64,000 bases of DNA, taken from positions 829 to 64,828 of the forward strand of contig JAFGIL010000010.1 of assembly GCA_016929635.1 (NCBI GenBank). Direction: 5' to 3'. A program made the position numbers and the translations under genes. Of this stretch, positions 46,311-58,000 are shown one piece after another. Numbering within the stretch: the stretch's first letter is position 1; every line of letters starts with the position of its first letter. Source of the DNA: Endomicrobiales bacterium (GTDB lineage Bacteria > Elusimicrobiota > Endomicrobiia > Endomicrobiales > JAFGIL01). Below the pieces are notes generated by a model, which was not told where the DNA came from, ran no database searches, and worked only from the letters and a program-made list of their open reading frames with translations.

Positions 46311-47558
46311 TCAATTTATTATAGAATTAATAATTTCTAATGTTCTATTGCACGCACCTTTTTGTTTTTCAACTATTTCCCTGGCTTTTACACCGGTGCT
46401 TTTTCTATAACCGGCATCTGAAATTAATCTATCTATTTCGGTTGTCAATTCATCCTTATCTCTTACCTGAATTGACCCGCCGTTTTCTTTCAATATAGCT
46501 GCTTCAGATAAAAAATTCTGCATATACGGCCCGAATATAACCGGTTTTGAATGCGCCGCCGGCTCTATCGGATTCTGCCCGCCTTTGTTTACCAGCGAGC
46601 CTCCTACAAAAACAATATCGCTCATTTCATAGAATCTCTGCAGCTCACCAAAAGTATCTACAATAAGGCAATCTGCGCACTGTTTCTGCTTAGATGTCCG
46701 GAAAGCATATTCTATTCCCAAATTCTTTGCCAATTTGGATATTTCGCGTGACCTTTCTATGTGACGAGGTGCAATAATCATTTTTAAACCATTATGTTTT
46801 TTCTTCAGTTCTTTCCATGCTGATAAAATTATACCTTCTTCGCCATTCCTTGAACTCGCAGCCAGCAGAATTAAATCATTCTCCTTGAACCCGAATCCTT
46901 CCCTTGAAAATCCATCTGATAAAGATATACTGTCATATTTCAAATTGCCCGTCTCTCTTATGCTTCTTCCTGAATATCCCAGGTTTATCAGCCTTTCCAT
47001 ATCCATACGGGATCTTGCTGCTATAAAATCAATTGAATTTATGACTCTTTGCCAGAAAAATCTCAGTAATACATAGTGATTAAATGAAAAATCCGATAAC
47101 CTGGCATTTATTAGAGCTACTTTTAAATTATTTTTCTTGGCTGTAAAGATTAATCCGGGCCACAGCTCCGTTTCTATCAATATGAGGCATTTCGGCCTGA
47201 AAAAAGAAATGTACTTTTGGACAATAAAAGAAAAATCCAAAGGAACATATAATATAGAATCTGCCAAATCATTTTCTTCGGAGTACTTTCTTCCGGCAAA
47301 AGTCATTGTAGTAATAATTACCTTATGTTTCCCCCTTAGATTCCTCAATAGAGGTTCAACAGCTTTCACTTCACCCAAAGATGCGCAATGAAACCACAAA
47401 GATCCTTTTTCGGGATATATCCCTCGTTTATAAATACCAAACCTTTCCGGCAATTTATAAAAAAACTCGGTCTTTGACCTTTTGCCGTAACGAAACAATA
47501 TAAAAACCAGAATTGGGATTGAAAAAAGAAATAGAATCGAGTTATAGAGAAAAATCAT
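46311..47558 (-). CDS. waaA: 3-deoxy-D-manno-octulosonic acid transferase
   Basis: 415 aa with WFHCASLGEVKAVEPL and a C-terminal GGSLVNKGGQNPIEPAAHSKPVIFGP. Confidence 0.9.
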   Translation of the reverse strand: MIFLYNSILFLFSIPILVFILFRYGKRSKTEFFYKLPERFGIYKRGIYPEKGSLWFHCASLGEVKAVEPLLRNLRGKHKVIITTMTFAGRKYSEENDLADSILYVPLDFSFIVQKYISFFRPKCLILIETELWPGLIFTAKKNNLKVALINARLSDFSFNHYVLLRFFWQRVINSIDFIAARSRMDMERLINLGYSGRSIRETGNLKYDSISLSDGFSREGFGFKENDLILLAASSRNGEEGIILSAWKELKKKHNGLKMIIAPRHIERSREISKLAKNLGIEYAFRTSKQKQCADCLIVDTFGELQRFYEMSDIVFVGGSLVNKGGQNPIEPAAHSKPVIFGPYMQNFLSEAAILKENGGSIQVRDKDELTTEIDRLISDAGYRKSTGVKAREIVEKQKGACNRTLEIINSIIN

Positions 47559-47586
47559 TTGGTTGGATGCTTTCCCTGGACTATCT

Positions 47587-48174
47587 TTAGGATTTTACCC
47601 TTTTAGCATGTTTTTTGATTGGAACCCAGAAAATTACCCCGCAAGACGAATACTGGGGTTCAAAAGTTTTGTTGTTTTTTAACTTCACGCCTATCTTTTC
47701 GCTGTCTATTATCTTAAACACGTTATCCAGGACAGCAAAAGAAGTAAGCTTATATTGGTTTGTAAGAGTGCAATCTTCCTGTTTCGCCTCTTCATTTATC
47801 AGCTTTGTTATGAAATTAGCGGACTGATCAAGCGCATCCAAACCGATAGAGTGAAGGATTTTAGCCAGGATATTCTCTTCCGTACTCTGAACGTCTCTTA
47901 TTTCACGCTCTATTTCACTTCCTATCGTTACCAGATAAAAAGTGGCTGCCACCCAGTTCTCGGGCATTTCTATTCCTAAATCAAAATTCACTTTTTCCCT
48001 ATCCACAGTATCGTAAATAGCTGCAGAACTGATGATCCTGTCGGCATGGTCCTTTTCCCTTTTAACAGCTTCCTCAATCTGGGGTGTAATCTCGGATACC
48101 TTAGATATTGTTTTTAAAAGCTGCTGTATATTGCGCGTGCGCAGATTAATTTTATATTTTTTTATTTTTCTCAT
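47587..48174 (-). CDS. Hypothetical protein
   Basis: 195 aa with plausible coding character and operon position. I could not recognise a family. Confidence 0.45.
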   Translation of the reverse strand: MRKIKKYKINLRTRNIQQLLKTISKVSEITPQIEEAVKREKDHADRIISSAAIYDTVDREKVNFDLGIEMPENWVAATFYLVTIGSEIEREIRDVQSTEENILAKILHSIGLDALDQSANFITKLINEEAKQEDCTLTNQYKLTSFAVLDNVFKIIDSEKIGVKLKNNKTFEPQYSSCGVIFWVPIKKHAKRVKS

Positions 48175-48188
48175 ATGACCCTAAAATA

Positions 48189-49097
48189 CTAACGCCTTTT
48201 TTCCCTGCGTTTGCGGTATAATTCCCACTCGTAAACCAACGGGCTTGCAATGTATATGGATGAATATGTACCAACTATAATTCCGATTACAAGAGCAAAG
48301 GCAAAATCATGTATAACTTCGCCCCCGAACAAAAACAGAGCCAGGACAACCAGAAAGGAAGTAAGAGAGGTTATGACGGTTCTTGAAAGCGTCTGATTAA
48401 TACTGGAGTTTATTACCGTCGGCAAATCGCTCTTTGCCAGCATCCTGAGATTCTCACGGATTCTGTCAAATATAACGATAGTATCGTTAATCGAATATCC
48501 TGCCAAAGTCAGTATTGCGGCAATTACTGTAAGTGTTATCTCTTTATTGAATATTGAAAAAATTCCTATAACTATAAACACATCGTGCGCTAACGCCAGC
48601 ACTCCGGCTATTCCCCATAAACCGGAATGGAATCTGAAGGCAACGTACACGATTATTCCAAGCAAAGAAAAGATTATGGCAAAAAATGCCTGTTTGACCA
48701 GGTGATGGCCGATCGCCGGCCCCACGTACTCGCTTCTCTCGATTTCAACCTTGTTATCCGGATATTTCTCGCTTAATGTTTTCACTACTTTTCTAGCAAA
48801 TCCTTCTGCATTAAAATCTGCCTTCTTTATCCTGATAATCACGGAGTTATTGTCAGAGCTCTGCAGCTCATAACCAATAATATCTGATTCATTCAGTGTT
48901 GAACGAAGGTCATCCATATTCATCTGTTTTTCAAAAGCCAGCTGCAATAGAATCCCTCCCTTGAAATCTATACCCAGGTTAGGGCCGCCTTTAACAAGCA
49001 AAGATATCGCTCCCGATAAAATAACAACAACAGAAACTATAAAAAATAAGCGTCTCTGTCCTATAAAATCAATGTTCATCTTTTTTAAAATCTCCAC
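48189..49097 (-). CDS. secF: Protein translocase subunit SecF
   Basis: 302 aa with GIDFKGGILLQL and a six-TM SecDF core ending in YSINDTIVIFDRIREN. Confidence 0.95.
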   Translation of the reverse strand: MEILKKMNIDFIGQRRLFFIVSVVVILSGAISLLVKGGPNLGIDFKGGILLQLAFEKQMNMDDLRSTLNESDIIGYELQSSDNNSVIIRIKKADFNAEGFARKVVKTLSEKYPDNKVEIERSEYVGPAIGHHLVKQAFFAIIFSLLGIIVYVAFRFHSGLWGIAGVLALAHDVFIVIGIFSIFNKEITLTVIAAILTLAGYSINDTIVIFDRIRENLRMLAKSDLPTVINSSINQTLSRTVITSLTSFLVVLALFLFGGEVIHDFAFALVIGIIVGTYSSIYIASPLVYEWELYRKRREKRR

Positions 49098-49154
49098 TAT
49101 AAACCTCCAATCTTTTAATCTGTTTAACCTGCAAGGTTATACAGTCCTAGCAAA

Positions 49155-50570
49155 TTATAAACTAAGTTTTTCTATTATTCTTTCCTGGAAAAGCAGTTCA
49201 TATATTGATTTTGTAACTAAAATTGCAGTAAACATGCTGACCAGAATACCTAGAGTCAGAGTCACGGCAAAACCTTTTACAGGCCCCGTGCCGAACTGAA
49301 ATAAAAATATGGCAGCGATCAGAGTCGTAACATTTGCATCCATAATCGTGTGAAAAGCTTTCTGATAACCCGCATCAACCGCAAGCCTGTGGGTTTTACC
49401 TGCTTTCAGTTCCTCTCTGATCCTTTCCAATATCAGAACGTTTGCATCAACCGCCATACCCAGGGTCAATATAATACCTGCCATACCGGGCAGTGTAAGC
49501 GTAAACCTGAAGTATGCCATTAACCCAAGTAATAATATAATATTAAGAAAAAGAGCGAAGTCAGCTATCAAACCGGAGAACTTGTAGTAGAACGCCATAA
49601 ATATAAGTACGACTATAGCACCAAAAATAGTTGCCTTTACTCCTGCCTTAATTGAATCCTCACCCAATGTAGGCCCTACGGAACGCTCCTCAATAATCTT
49701 TACCGGTGCAGGTAATGCACCAGCTCTTAATATAGTTGCAAGCAGTTTTGCATCTTCCATGGTAAAATTACCTTCAATAATAGCCTTTCCGTCGGGAATA
49801 CGCGTTCTTATTACGGGAGCTGATTGAACAACCCCGTCTAATACAATAGCCAGGTTTCTTTCTATATTTTCTCCTGTTACGCGTGAAAATATTTTTGCGC
49901 CGTCCCTGTTAAACTCAATGGAAACGTGAGGATAACCAAACTCTCCGCCGATATTCACCTTTGCGTCTACAAGATAAGCCCCTGTAAGCTCAGGTGATGA
50001 TTTTAAAATGTAGTAACGGTCTTCCTTGCCGGGAAAAACCGCATGCCCTTTAGGAATCATTTTTACGATTTCAGGAAAATCGTTTAGCTCCTCAAAACGG
50101 GCTTCTTTTTCCCTCAACTCCTCTGCTATGTCACCCAAGGCTGTACTCTCATCCACCAGGCGAAATTCCAGAAGTGCGGTTTTGCCGATTAAATCCTTTG
50201 CTCTTTCCGGATCTTTTATGCCGGGCAGCTGAATTACAATCCACCTTTCTCCCTGGCGTGCAATTAAAGGTTCTGCAACGCCAAACTGGTCCACTCTGTT
50301 ACGGATTATCTCAATTGCCCGTCCTATCGCATCATTTACGTCAACACCCGGCTCAAGCTTATCAGCATCCAGCTCAAGTACCAGATGTATTCCTCCTCGG
50401 AGGTCCAATCCCAGGTTCAGGATTTTACTTACAATCTTGTCTTTGAGCCTCTCCCTTTTATCCCTTTCCTGTTGAGACAATCCATACCACTCAACTGTGG
50501 GGTAAAGGAAATAAATTGCCAATCCCAAAAAAAGCACAGTTACCAAAATTTTTACTTGCAATCTGGACAT
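49155..50570 (-). CDS. secD: Protein translocase subunit SecD
   Basis: 471 aa with LGLDLRGGIHLVLE, a periplasmic P1 domain, and the TM core with AVDANVLILERIREE. GAGG lies 6 nt upstream of the ATG. Confidence 0.95.
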   Translation of the reverse strand: MSRLQVKILVTVLFLGLAIYFLYPTVEWYGLSQQERDKRERLKDKIVSKILNLGLDLRGGIHLVLELDADKLEPGVDVNDAIGRAIEIIRNRVDQFGVAEPLIARQGERWIVIQLPGIKDPERAKDLIGKTALLEFRLVDESTALGDIAEELREKEARFEELNDFPEIVKMIPKGHAVFPGKEDRYYILKSSPELTGAYLVDAKVNIGGEFGYPHVSIEFNRDGAKIFSRVTGENIERNLAIVLDGVVQSAPVIRTRIPDGKAIIEGNFTMEDAKLLATILRAGALPAPVKIIEERSVGPTLGEDSIKAGVKATIFGAIVVLIFMAFYYKFSGLIADFALFLNIILLLGLMAYFRFTLTLPGMAGIILTLGMAVDANVLILERIREELKAGKTHRLAVDAGYQKAFHTIMDANVTTLIAAIFLFQFGTGPVKGFAVTLTLGILVSMFTAILVTKSIYELLFQERIIEKLSL

Positions 50571-50590
50571 ATATTACCTCGCTTTCTTTT

Positions 50591-50685
50591 GGGACAGACA
50601 CTTTATGTTTTATATGTTTCTATTTAAAATACTTAGTAATTAATATACTGTACAATAAACATATAAAACATAAAGTGTCTGTCCC
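50591..50685. repeat. 95-bp palindromic element: 29-bp perfect inverted arms + 37-nt AT-rich loop
   Basis: GGGACAGACACTTTATGTTTTATATGTTT (50591..50619) has its exact reverse complement at 50657..50685. TTTT flanks both sides. It fills the gap between the HD-gene stop and the secD RBS. Confidence 0.9.
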
Positions 50686-50687
50686 TT

Positions 50688-51374
50688 TTAAAGAAGTTTT
50701 TTTCCGTTTATTATTAATTCAAACTTACACTTCAGAAACTCTGCTGCTCTTCTGCACATTATCATCCGGGACATGAATATTTCAAAATACTCCATTACTT
50801 TAGAAATATTCTGGTCAACATTCAATTCCAGGGTAATAATCTTTTTATTGCCGTCGATTTTCAGGAAAGACCTTTCAACGGCAAAGTTTACCCTGTCATG
50901 AATATCTACTGCGATCATGCTGGGATTACGCACCCGTGCTTTATGAACATCAGATTTATCCGCCAGTATCAATGCTGCTGCAACCGGATTAACGGGATCT
51001 CCTATTTCCTCCTCGTGGTTTCCGATAGCTGAAATTACCATAGCAATTTCATTAGGGTCAGCGCCCATTTGTTTTAAAATCTTCATAGAAATAAGAGCAG
51101 CCGACTGTCCGTGATCCTGACGGTTCACGACATTTCCTATATCATGCAGATACCCTGCTATTCCTGCCAGCTCCGGCATCGGATGTTCATAACCTAAATG
51201 ATTCAATACATTCTGAGCTACAGAGGCAACCAGACTCACATGCCTGAAACCATGCTCTGTATATCCTACTGCTCCCAAATAGCTGTTGGCAGCCTCGATA
51301 AAATTATTTACCGTATGGTTCTTTTTTACTGCCTCAAGAGTAATCCCGGAGTATTTTTGTTTGGTTTTTACCAT
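50688..51374 (-). CDS. HD-domain phosphohydrolase-like protein (paralog 1)
   Basis: 228 aa with YTEHGFRHVSLVA, GYLHDIGN and ILADKSDV. Collinear with the protein at 54150..54818. Confidence 0.7.
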   Translation of the reverse strand: MVKTKQKYSGITLEAVKKNHTVNNFIEAANSYLGAVGYTEHGFRHVSLVASVAQNVLNHLGYEHPMPELAGIAGYLHDIGNVVNRQDHGQSAALISMKILKQMGADPNEIAMVISAIGNHEEEIGDPVNPVAAALILADKSDVHKARVRNPSMIAVDIHDRVNFAVERSFLKIDGNKKIITLELNVDQNISKVMEYFEIFMSRMIMCRRAAEFLKCKFELIINGKKLL

Positions 51375-51469
51375 ATTTTAGCTTTCAGCTTTCAGACATC
51401 AGTCTTCAGCAAAAAATATTTATAATTGTTTTCAAAGCAGACAGCTGATGACTGAAGACTGACGACTTA

Positions 51470-51853
51470 TTATTTTACAACCTCAGGAGTAACCACCTGC
51501 TCAGAATTAGTAACCACATTACTTATAGCCGACTTTGATATCTGGACTTTAACACCGTCGGCAATCTTGACTTCCAAAACATTACCTTTAACATTAACAA
51601 CTGTCCCGTACAAACCGCCGTTAGTTATAATCTTGTCATCCTTTTTTACGGAATTCAGCATTATCTGGTGTTCTTTTGCCTTTTTCTGCTGCGGCCTAAT
51701 CAACAAAAAATAGAAGATTCCGAATATCACAATTAAAGGAAAAAAACTTCCGAAAGGGCTTTGCCTGGGTACAGCCTCCTGTGCATAAAGGGCAGGCGTA
51801 AAACCTGCTAAATAAAATAGTGCTAAAATTATCTTTGTTGGCTTAAAAGACAT
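51470..51853 (-). CDS. yajC: Preprotein translocase subunit YajC
   Basis: FPLIVIFGIFYFLLIRPQQKKAKEHQIMLNSVKKDDKIITNGGLYGTVVNV. Confidence 0.9.
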   Translation of the reverse strand: MSFKPTKIILALFYLAGFTPALYAQEAVPRQSPFGSFFPLIVIFGIFYFLLIRPQQKKAKEHQIMLNSVKKDDKIITNGGLYGTVVNVKGNVLEVKIADGVKVQISKSAISNVVTNSEQVVTPEVVK

Positions 51854-51868
51854 AAATATCCTCCTGTA

Positions 51869-53020
51869 TTATTTCTTTTTTTTGTCCTTTTTTTTACTCT
51901 TTTTTCCTTCTATCATTTCTTTATCGCTTTCCATTCTTTGCTTAACCATGACAAGTACTTTTGCTGCACGAACGGCAATTGATTTGTCTTCATCATCAAG
52001 AAGTGACTCTAAATCTTTAATATCTCCCTGATTTGCCATAGCCTCAAGTGCTTCGAGTGCTTTTATTTTTGCATCCCTTTCGTCGGATTTCAATACTCCC
52101 AGCACAAACTCTTTACCCGAATCATCTCCTAATATGAATAAAGACTTGCTGGCTGCAATACGTACCAAACCGTTGGGATCATCTAAGATGTCAAGCAATG
52201 CTTTAATGCTTTTATTCTCTTTAAAACTAAACATACCTAAAGACAAAGCGGCATTTTCTCTTACTATAGCGTCTTCATCCATCAGAAGCTCCCTGATTTG
52301 CGGTATACTTTCTAAATCGTCCAATTTACCCAAAGCAATGCAGGCTTCTACCTTGGGCTCCCGGTTCCAGTCTTTTAATCTCTCTCTGATAGCAGGAGCA
52401 ACTGTGGGATCACCCATGTCGCCTAAAGCTTCCGCAGCTTTTGCACGCACCTGGTACTTTGTACTTCTCAACGCAGAAACGAAATCTTCTTTTACGGTTT
52501 TATCGCCTAATTTCGCCAAGGCAACAAGGCATGCATCAACAACTCTTCCGTCGTTGTCATCAAGATTTTTATTTAAAATCGTTATTGCACCCTTATCTCT
52601 AATATCTCCTAAAACTGTAGCTGCCTGAACACGGAGAGTATTCTTGGCTATGGCGCGTGCCCTTTCAAGAGGCGCCGCCTCTTCGGAAAGTTCGGGTTTT
52701 GTATCAAGGATATTGACTAAAACAGGCAGTCCGGAATCATCACCTAGTTTATATAGCGCTTCCGCAGCCTTAATACTCACGAAATCATTGTTGTCGTCCA
52801 GCATATCTCTTAATATAGGTATGTAATCCTGGCTTCCTATCTGAAGTATTGCTTCTATTGCTAAACTCCTGACTTCACGGCTCTGATCATTCAATCCAAG
52901 CTGTATCACATCCAGCTCATCAGAATTGCCTTCGCTCATCAAGTTTATTGAATTACTGGTAATCAGTATAATAGAAATAAATAATAATAAATAATGTTGT
53001 TTTTTCATATATTTTTTCAA
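51869..53020 (-). CDS. HEAT-repeat (PBS-lyase-like) protein with signal peptide and Lys-rich tail
   Basis: Repeated V/IRxxAAxALGxxGD units, e.g. VRSLAIEAILQIGS, VRAKAAEALGDMGD, VRENAALSLGMF, VRIAASKSLFILGD. Confidence 0.7.
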   Translation of the reverse strand: MKKYMKKQHYLLLFISIILITSNSINLMSEGNSDELDVIQLGLNDQSREVRSLAIEAILQIGSQDYIPILRDMLDDNNDFVSIKAAEALYKLGDDSGLPVLVNILDTKPELSEEAAPLERARAIAKNTLRVQAATVLGDIRDKGAITILNKNLDDNDGRVVDACLVALAKLGDKTVKEDFVSALRSTKYQVRAKAAEALGDMGDPTVAPAIRERLKDWNREPKVEACIALGKLDDLESIPQIRELLMDEDAIVRENAALSLGMFSFKENKSIKALLDILDDPNGLVRIAASKSLFILGDDSGKEFVLGVLKSDERDAKIKALEALEAMANQGDIKDLESLLDDEDKSIAVRAAKVLVMVKQRMESDKEMIEGKKSKKKDKKKK

Positions 53021-53022
53021 CG

Positions 53023-54818
<1,796 letters not shown>

Positions 54819-54832
54819 ATTTCTGAATTAGT

Positions 54833-54919
54833 TGTAGTGTAGGCCTTTATGGCCGTAATAATAAAAACATCCATATTTTTAGTATGTTATTTCTTATGCC
54901 CACAAGGGGCTACACTACA
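54833..54919. repeat. Pair of inverted family-2 GC-hairpin repeat units
   Basis: tgtagtgtaGGCCtttatGGCCgtaataat (54833..54862) and ttatGCCCacaagGGGCtacactaca (54894..54919). They match the units at 12798..12867, with compensatory stem changes. Confidence 0.75.
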
Positions 54920-54952
54920 TATATTATAAGTCATTAACTACACTGCTGGAAT

Positions 54953-54978
54953 AAAAAAACAGGCAATTTTTTGCCTGT
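54953..54978 (-). terminator. Rho-independent terminator downstream of the >=2,956-aa ORF
   Basis: The minus strand reads ACAGGCAA-aaaa-TTGCCTGT followed by TTTTTTTAT. The plus strand also has a T-rich tail, so it may act in both directions. Confidence 0.65.
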
Positions 54979-55030
54979 TTATTATATCAAATTTAGTTTA
55001 AAAAATAAATAATATTCTTATATTGGTAAA

Positions 55031-55086
55031 CGTAGGGGCGACTTTAGTCGCCCTTAATAAAAAGGGCGGATAAATCCGCCCCTACG
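55031..55086. repeat. 56-nt compound hairpin: two inverted 25-nt units, each with its own GC mini-hairpin
   Basis: cgtagGGCGACtttaGTCGCCctt / aataaa / aagGGCGGAtaaaTCCGCCcctacg. It starts 5 nt after the stop codon of the >=2,956-aa ORF. The internal stems differ by compensatory changes (GAC/GTC versus GGA/TCC). Confidence 0.8.
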
Positions 55087-55091
55087 AAGAA

Positions 55092-58000
55092 CTACGCAGC
55101 GGAAGTTATTGCCTGATGCAAAGCAGTATCAAAGGAGTCATCCAGCAGGTCTTTTAATGATTCTTTTATTTTCAAATCCCTGATTTTATCTATTATTCCA
55201 AGCAGATACTGTTCAAATTCAGCATAAATCTGTGCCCTATCGCTGACTGCTGCCTGCTCGTATATCTCTTTGTAGCTTAAAACCCTGCGCCTGATGCCGT
55301 CAAACACTACTCTGTCTCGCTTAATATCTTTTTCTGTTTTAACAGTAAACTCTTCTTTATCAAACTTAGACAATATTTCAGCTATTTTCTGCCCTTCACT
55401 GACCTCATCAGACTCCTCTTCCAGTATTCCTAAAATTTCATTGAAAAGCTCCTCATGCAATTCCTTTACTTTAATACCATGATCAAACTTATATCCTAAA
55501 TTATATGCTTCCTTTTTCTTCTCTTCAGGAGTCCTGGGCCCCATAATATTAGTGATTAAATTCAAAATCTGAAGTTCTGCAACCTGCGCCCTTGCAACGC
55601 TTTCTGCTTCCGCAAAATCATTATCCAGCGTTAACCATACGGCTCCGGACTTACCGGCTTTTAACGTTATATTCCTTATCCTGGTTTCAGTTTCTTTATC
55701 CACTACAAGCTCAGTAAAGTTAAGTTTCAAAGCTTCATTCGAACCTTCGGCTACTTCAGGGATTTGATCAGGATCTGTAATAAGATGTTCTATCACAAAA
55801 GAACCGTACCTGCTTTGAATTATATTCTTAATTTCCTCCGCATTTCTGATATCAGCCCCAAAGGAAATCGAAACAAGGAAATCTTTATCATCCATAAGAT
55901 TGAATAAATCCTGGAAATCACTAAAATCCATTCTGCCTTCCAGATTTATATTAAAATGTACCCCATCAAAACCTAAAGTTTTTATAAGTGTGATTTTATC
56001 CGTATTTGATAAGTCTTCTATACTGGATATATTGCATCCTGCGACCAGTTTCTTACCGGATTTTCCAGCAGTTTTTACAAGCATACTTATTTGTGATTGC
56101 ATGGCTTTATCTTTATCTACAACCGCCTCTTTAGGAGCCATCTCTGAACCCATTTCTTCCATCTCACCCAGCTGAGATTCATCCAGCCAACCCAAATTTA
56201 AAGAACCATTCTCAACCAAGTTGTCTATCCGCACTATACCGCTTCTTTCCATTACAGATCCATCACTGGGTTTGCTGATTAAACCGGCTATATCCGTTAT
56301 TGTATTTATTCCTCTCTGCCAGAGTCCAACTTCAACTGCAAGACCGGTACCTCTTGCAAACGATTCAACTGATTTCTGCCTTGCAATCTGGCATAGATCA
56401 ATCTTGAACTCTTCTATATCGTCTTTTCCCTGAATGATATGCGCGTTGCCAAGCAATGTATCTCTGTCTATCTCATCAACAGAAGTTTCAGGTGAAGAGA
56501 TATTAGGGATATCCTGATCAAATCCTTCTCTTCCAGCAGAAGAAATAACAATATCCGGCATAAGCAGGCTTCCATCCTGGAATCTACTCGGCAATCCCAG
56601 TTCTTTAAGCTGCCTGACTAACCCTCCGTTCTTGTGCACATTTTTCCAGAACTCAACTGCCAATAATCTTAAAAGGGCATCTACATCCAAATCTTCAATG
56701 TCTCCCAAGACTTCTTCCGGATTTTGTATATGCAAATTAATTGCGGAACCGTTTTGAGTAGGTATAACTTCAGCCCAGACTCTAAAGGCTTTTGCAGCTC
56801 CTTCATAGTTAAGCACTAAATTAGGTTTCAACTCCAAATAATCTTTCACCTGCGAGCTTTCCGCATAACCGGCAAACCTGATAACATTGAATCCTGCTCC
56901 AGCAATGGCATTCATCCTGTCTTGTGCAACAGTATCCGTCTCCCCTGAATCATTAATGAAATATACTGTTGGTGACTGCGCCACACCAAAGTTTTCCCTT
57001 AAAAATCTGCATCTATCCATCGTATTTTTAACTACTTTTTTCACCAAACTTTTTATACTTACCGTCTTTCCCGCTATCTCAATCCCGCTGATAACAGCAT
57101 TCGGTGTATCATGTTCGGATCTGAATTTGTCGGCTATTACTTGAACTACTCCTGCAAATATTCCCTGTGGGGATCGGGCATTCCTTTCAAAAGATTCTAG
57201 CAGCGGGGCTTGTGCTGCCACACTGCCCAATGCCGCTAAAACCGGAGACTGGCTGTATTTTAATTCTGGTTTAATTGGGACATTTTTTGCAGGATTATAT
57301 TCACCTATATCCAACAATACAGCCTTAGCAGCTTCAGAAAGTATCAAATTCGAATCATTCTTCATTCTATCCTCTACTTCCGATATCAAAGCAAAAATAT
57401 GGCTTTCAGAACTCCTATCCATACCATATTTCGTAAGCCACAGTTCGATTACTTGTCTTTTAATCTTTCCTATCTGTTCTCTATTTTCTGCTTTTGTATC
57501 GGTAACCTCTTCGAAGTGTTCCACATCATAAAAATATGGATGCCCATCCCGAACAATAATATTAAAAAGAAAATGAGATGAAACAAAATACCCGCATTCA
57601 GCAACTTGATCCCCGATAGCTTCTAATTCTCTAAAAAACTCCCAGGTTATTTTCCCTGCTTCTTCCGAAAGGCCGTATAGATTATCACCTTCCAAATACT
57701 CCATTAGAATTGCCCTTCCCCAATATTCACCTGTTTCACTCTTTTCATCCAGTTCCGGAGCTCCTGCAACTTTATTCTCATTCAGCTTATATAAAATCTG
57801 CATCTCCTTGAGGAATAAATCCACAAAACGTTCATGCCTGCATAATTTTAACAGCTTTACTTTCGGACTTCCAACAGAGTCTCTGTCTGCGTTATCATTT
57901 ACTATCATCCCAAAAGCATTAACTCCCCTGCCGGCAATATCTATGAGCTGCAAATTATCATCTATTTCCCGGACCAAATGGTACTTCAATATCTGCGGTA

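Noticed and set aside
47587-48174. Possible similarity of the 195-aa protein to methionine-synthase activation-domain-like proteins.
   Set aside because: This is only a vague impression from the VTIGSEIE-type segment, with no diagnostic motif. It is left as hypothetical.
51375-51469. TCAG-rich imperfect inverted repeat between yajC and the HD gene (TCAGTCTTCAG at 51409..51419 pairing with 51452..51462, plus agctttcagctttcag direct repeats).
   Set aside because: The 11-bp stem is real, but the loop is ~32 nt, there is no U-tract on the transcribed strand, and I saw no other copies in the window. It may be a weak structure or regulatory site, but I cannot support a specific call.
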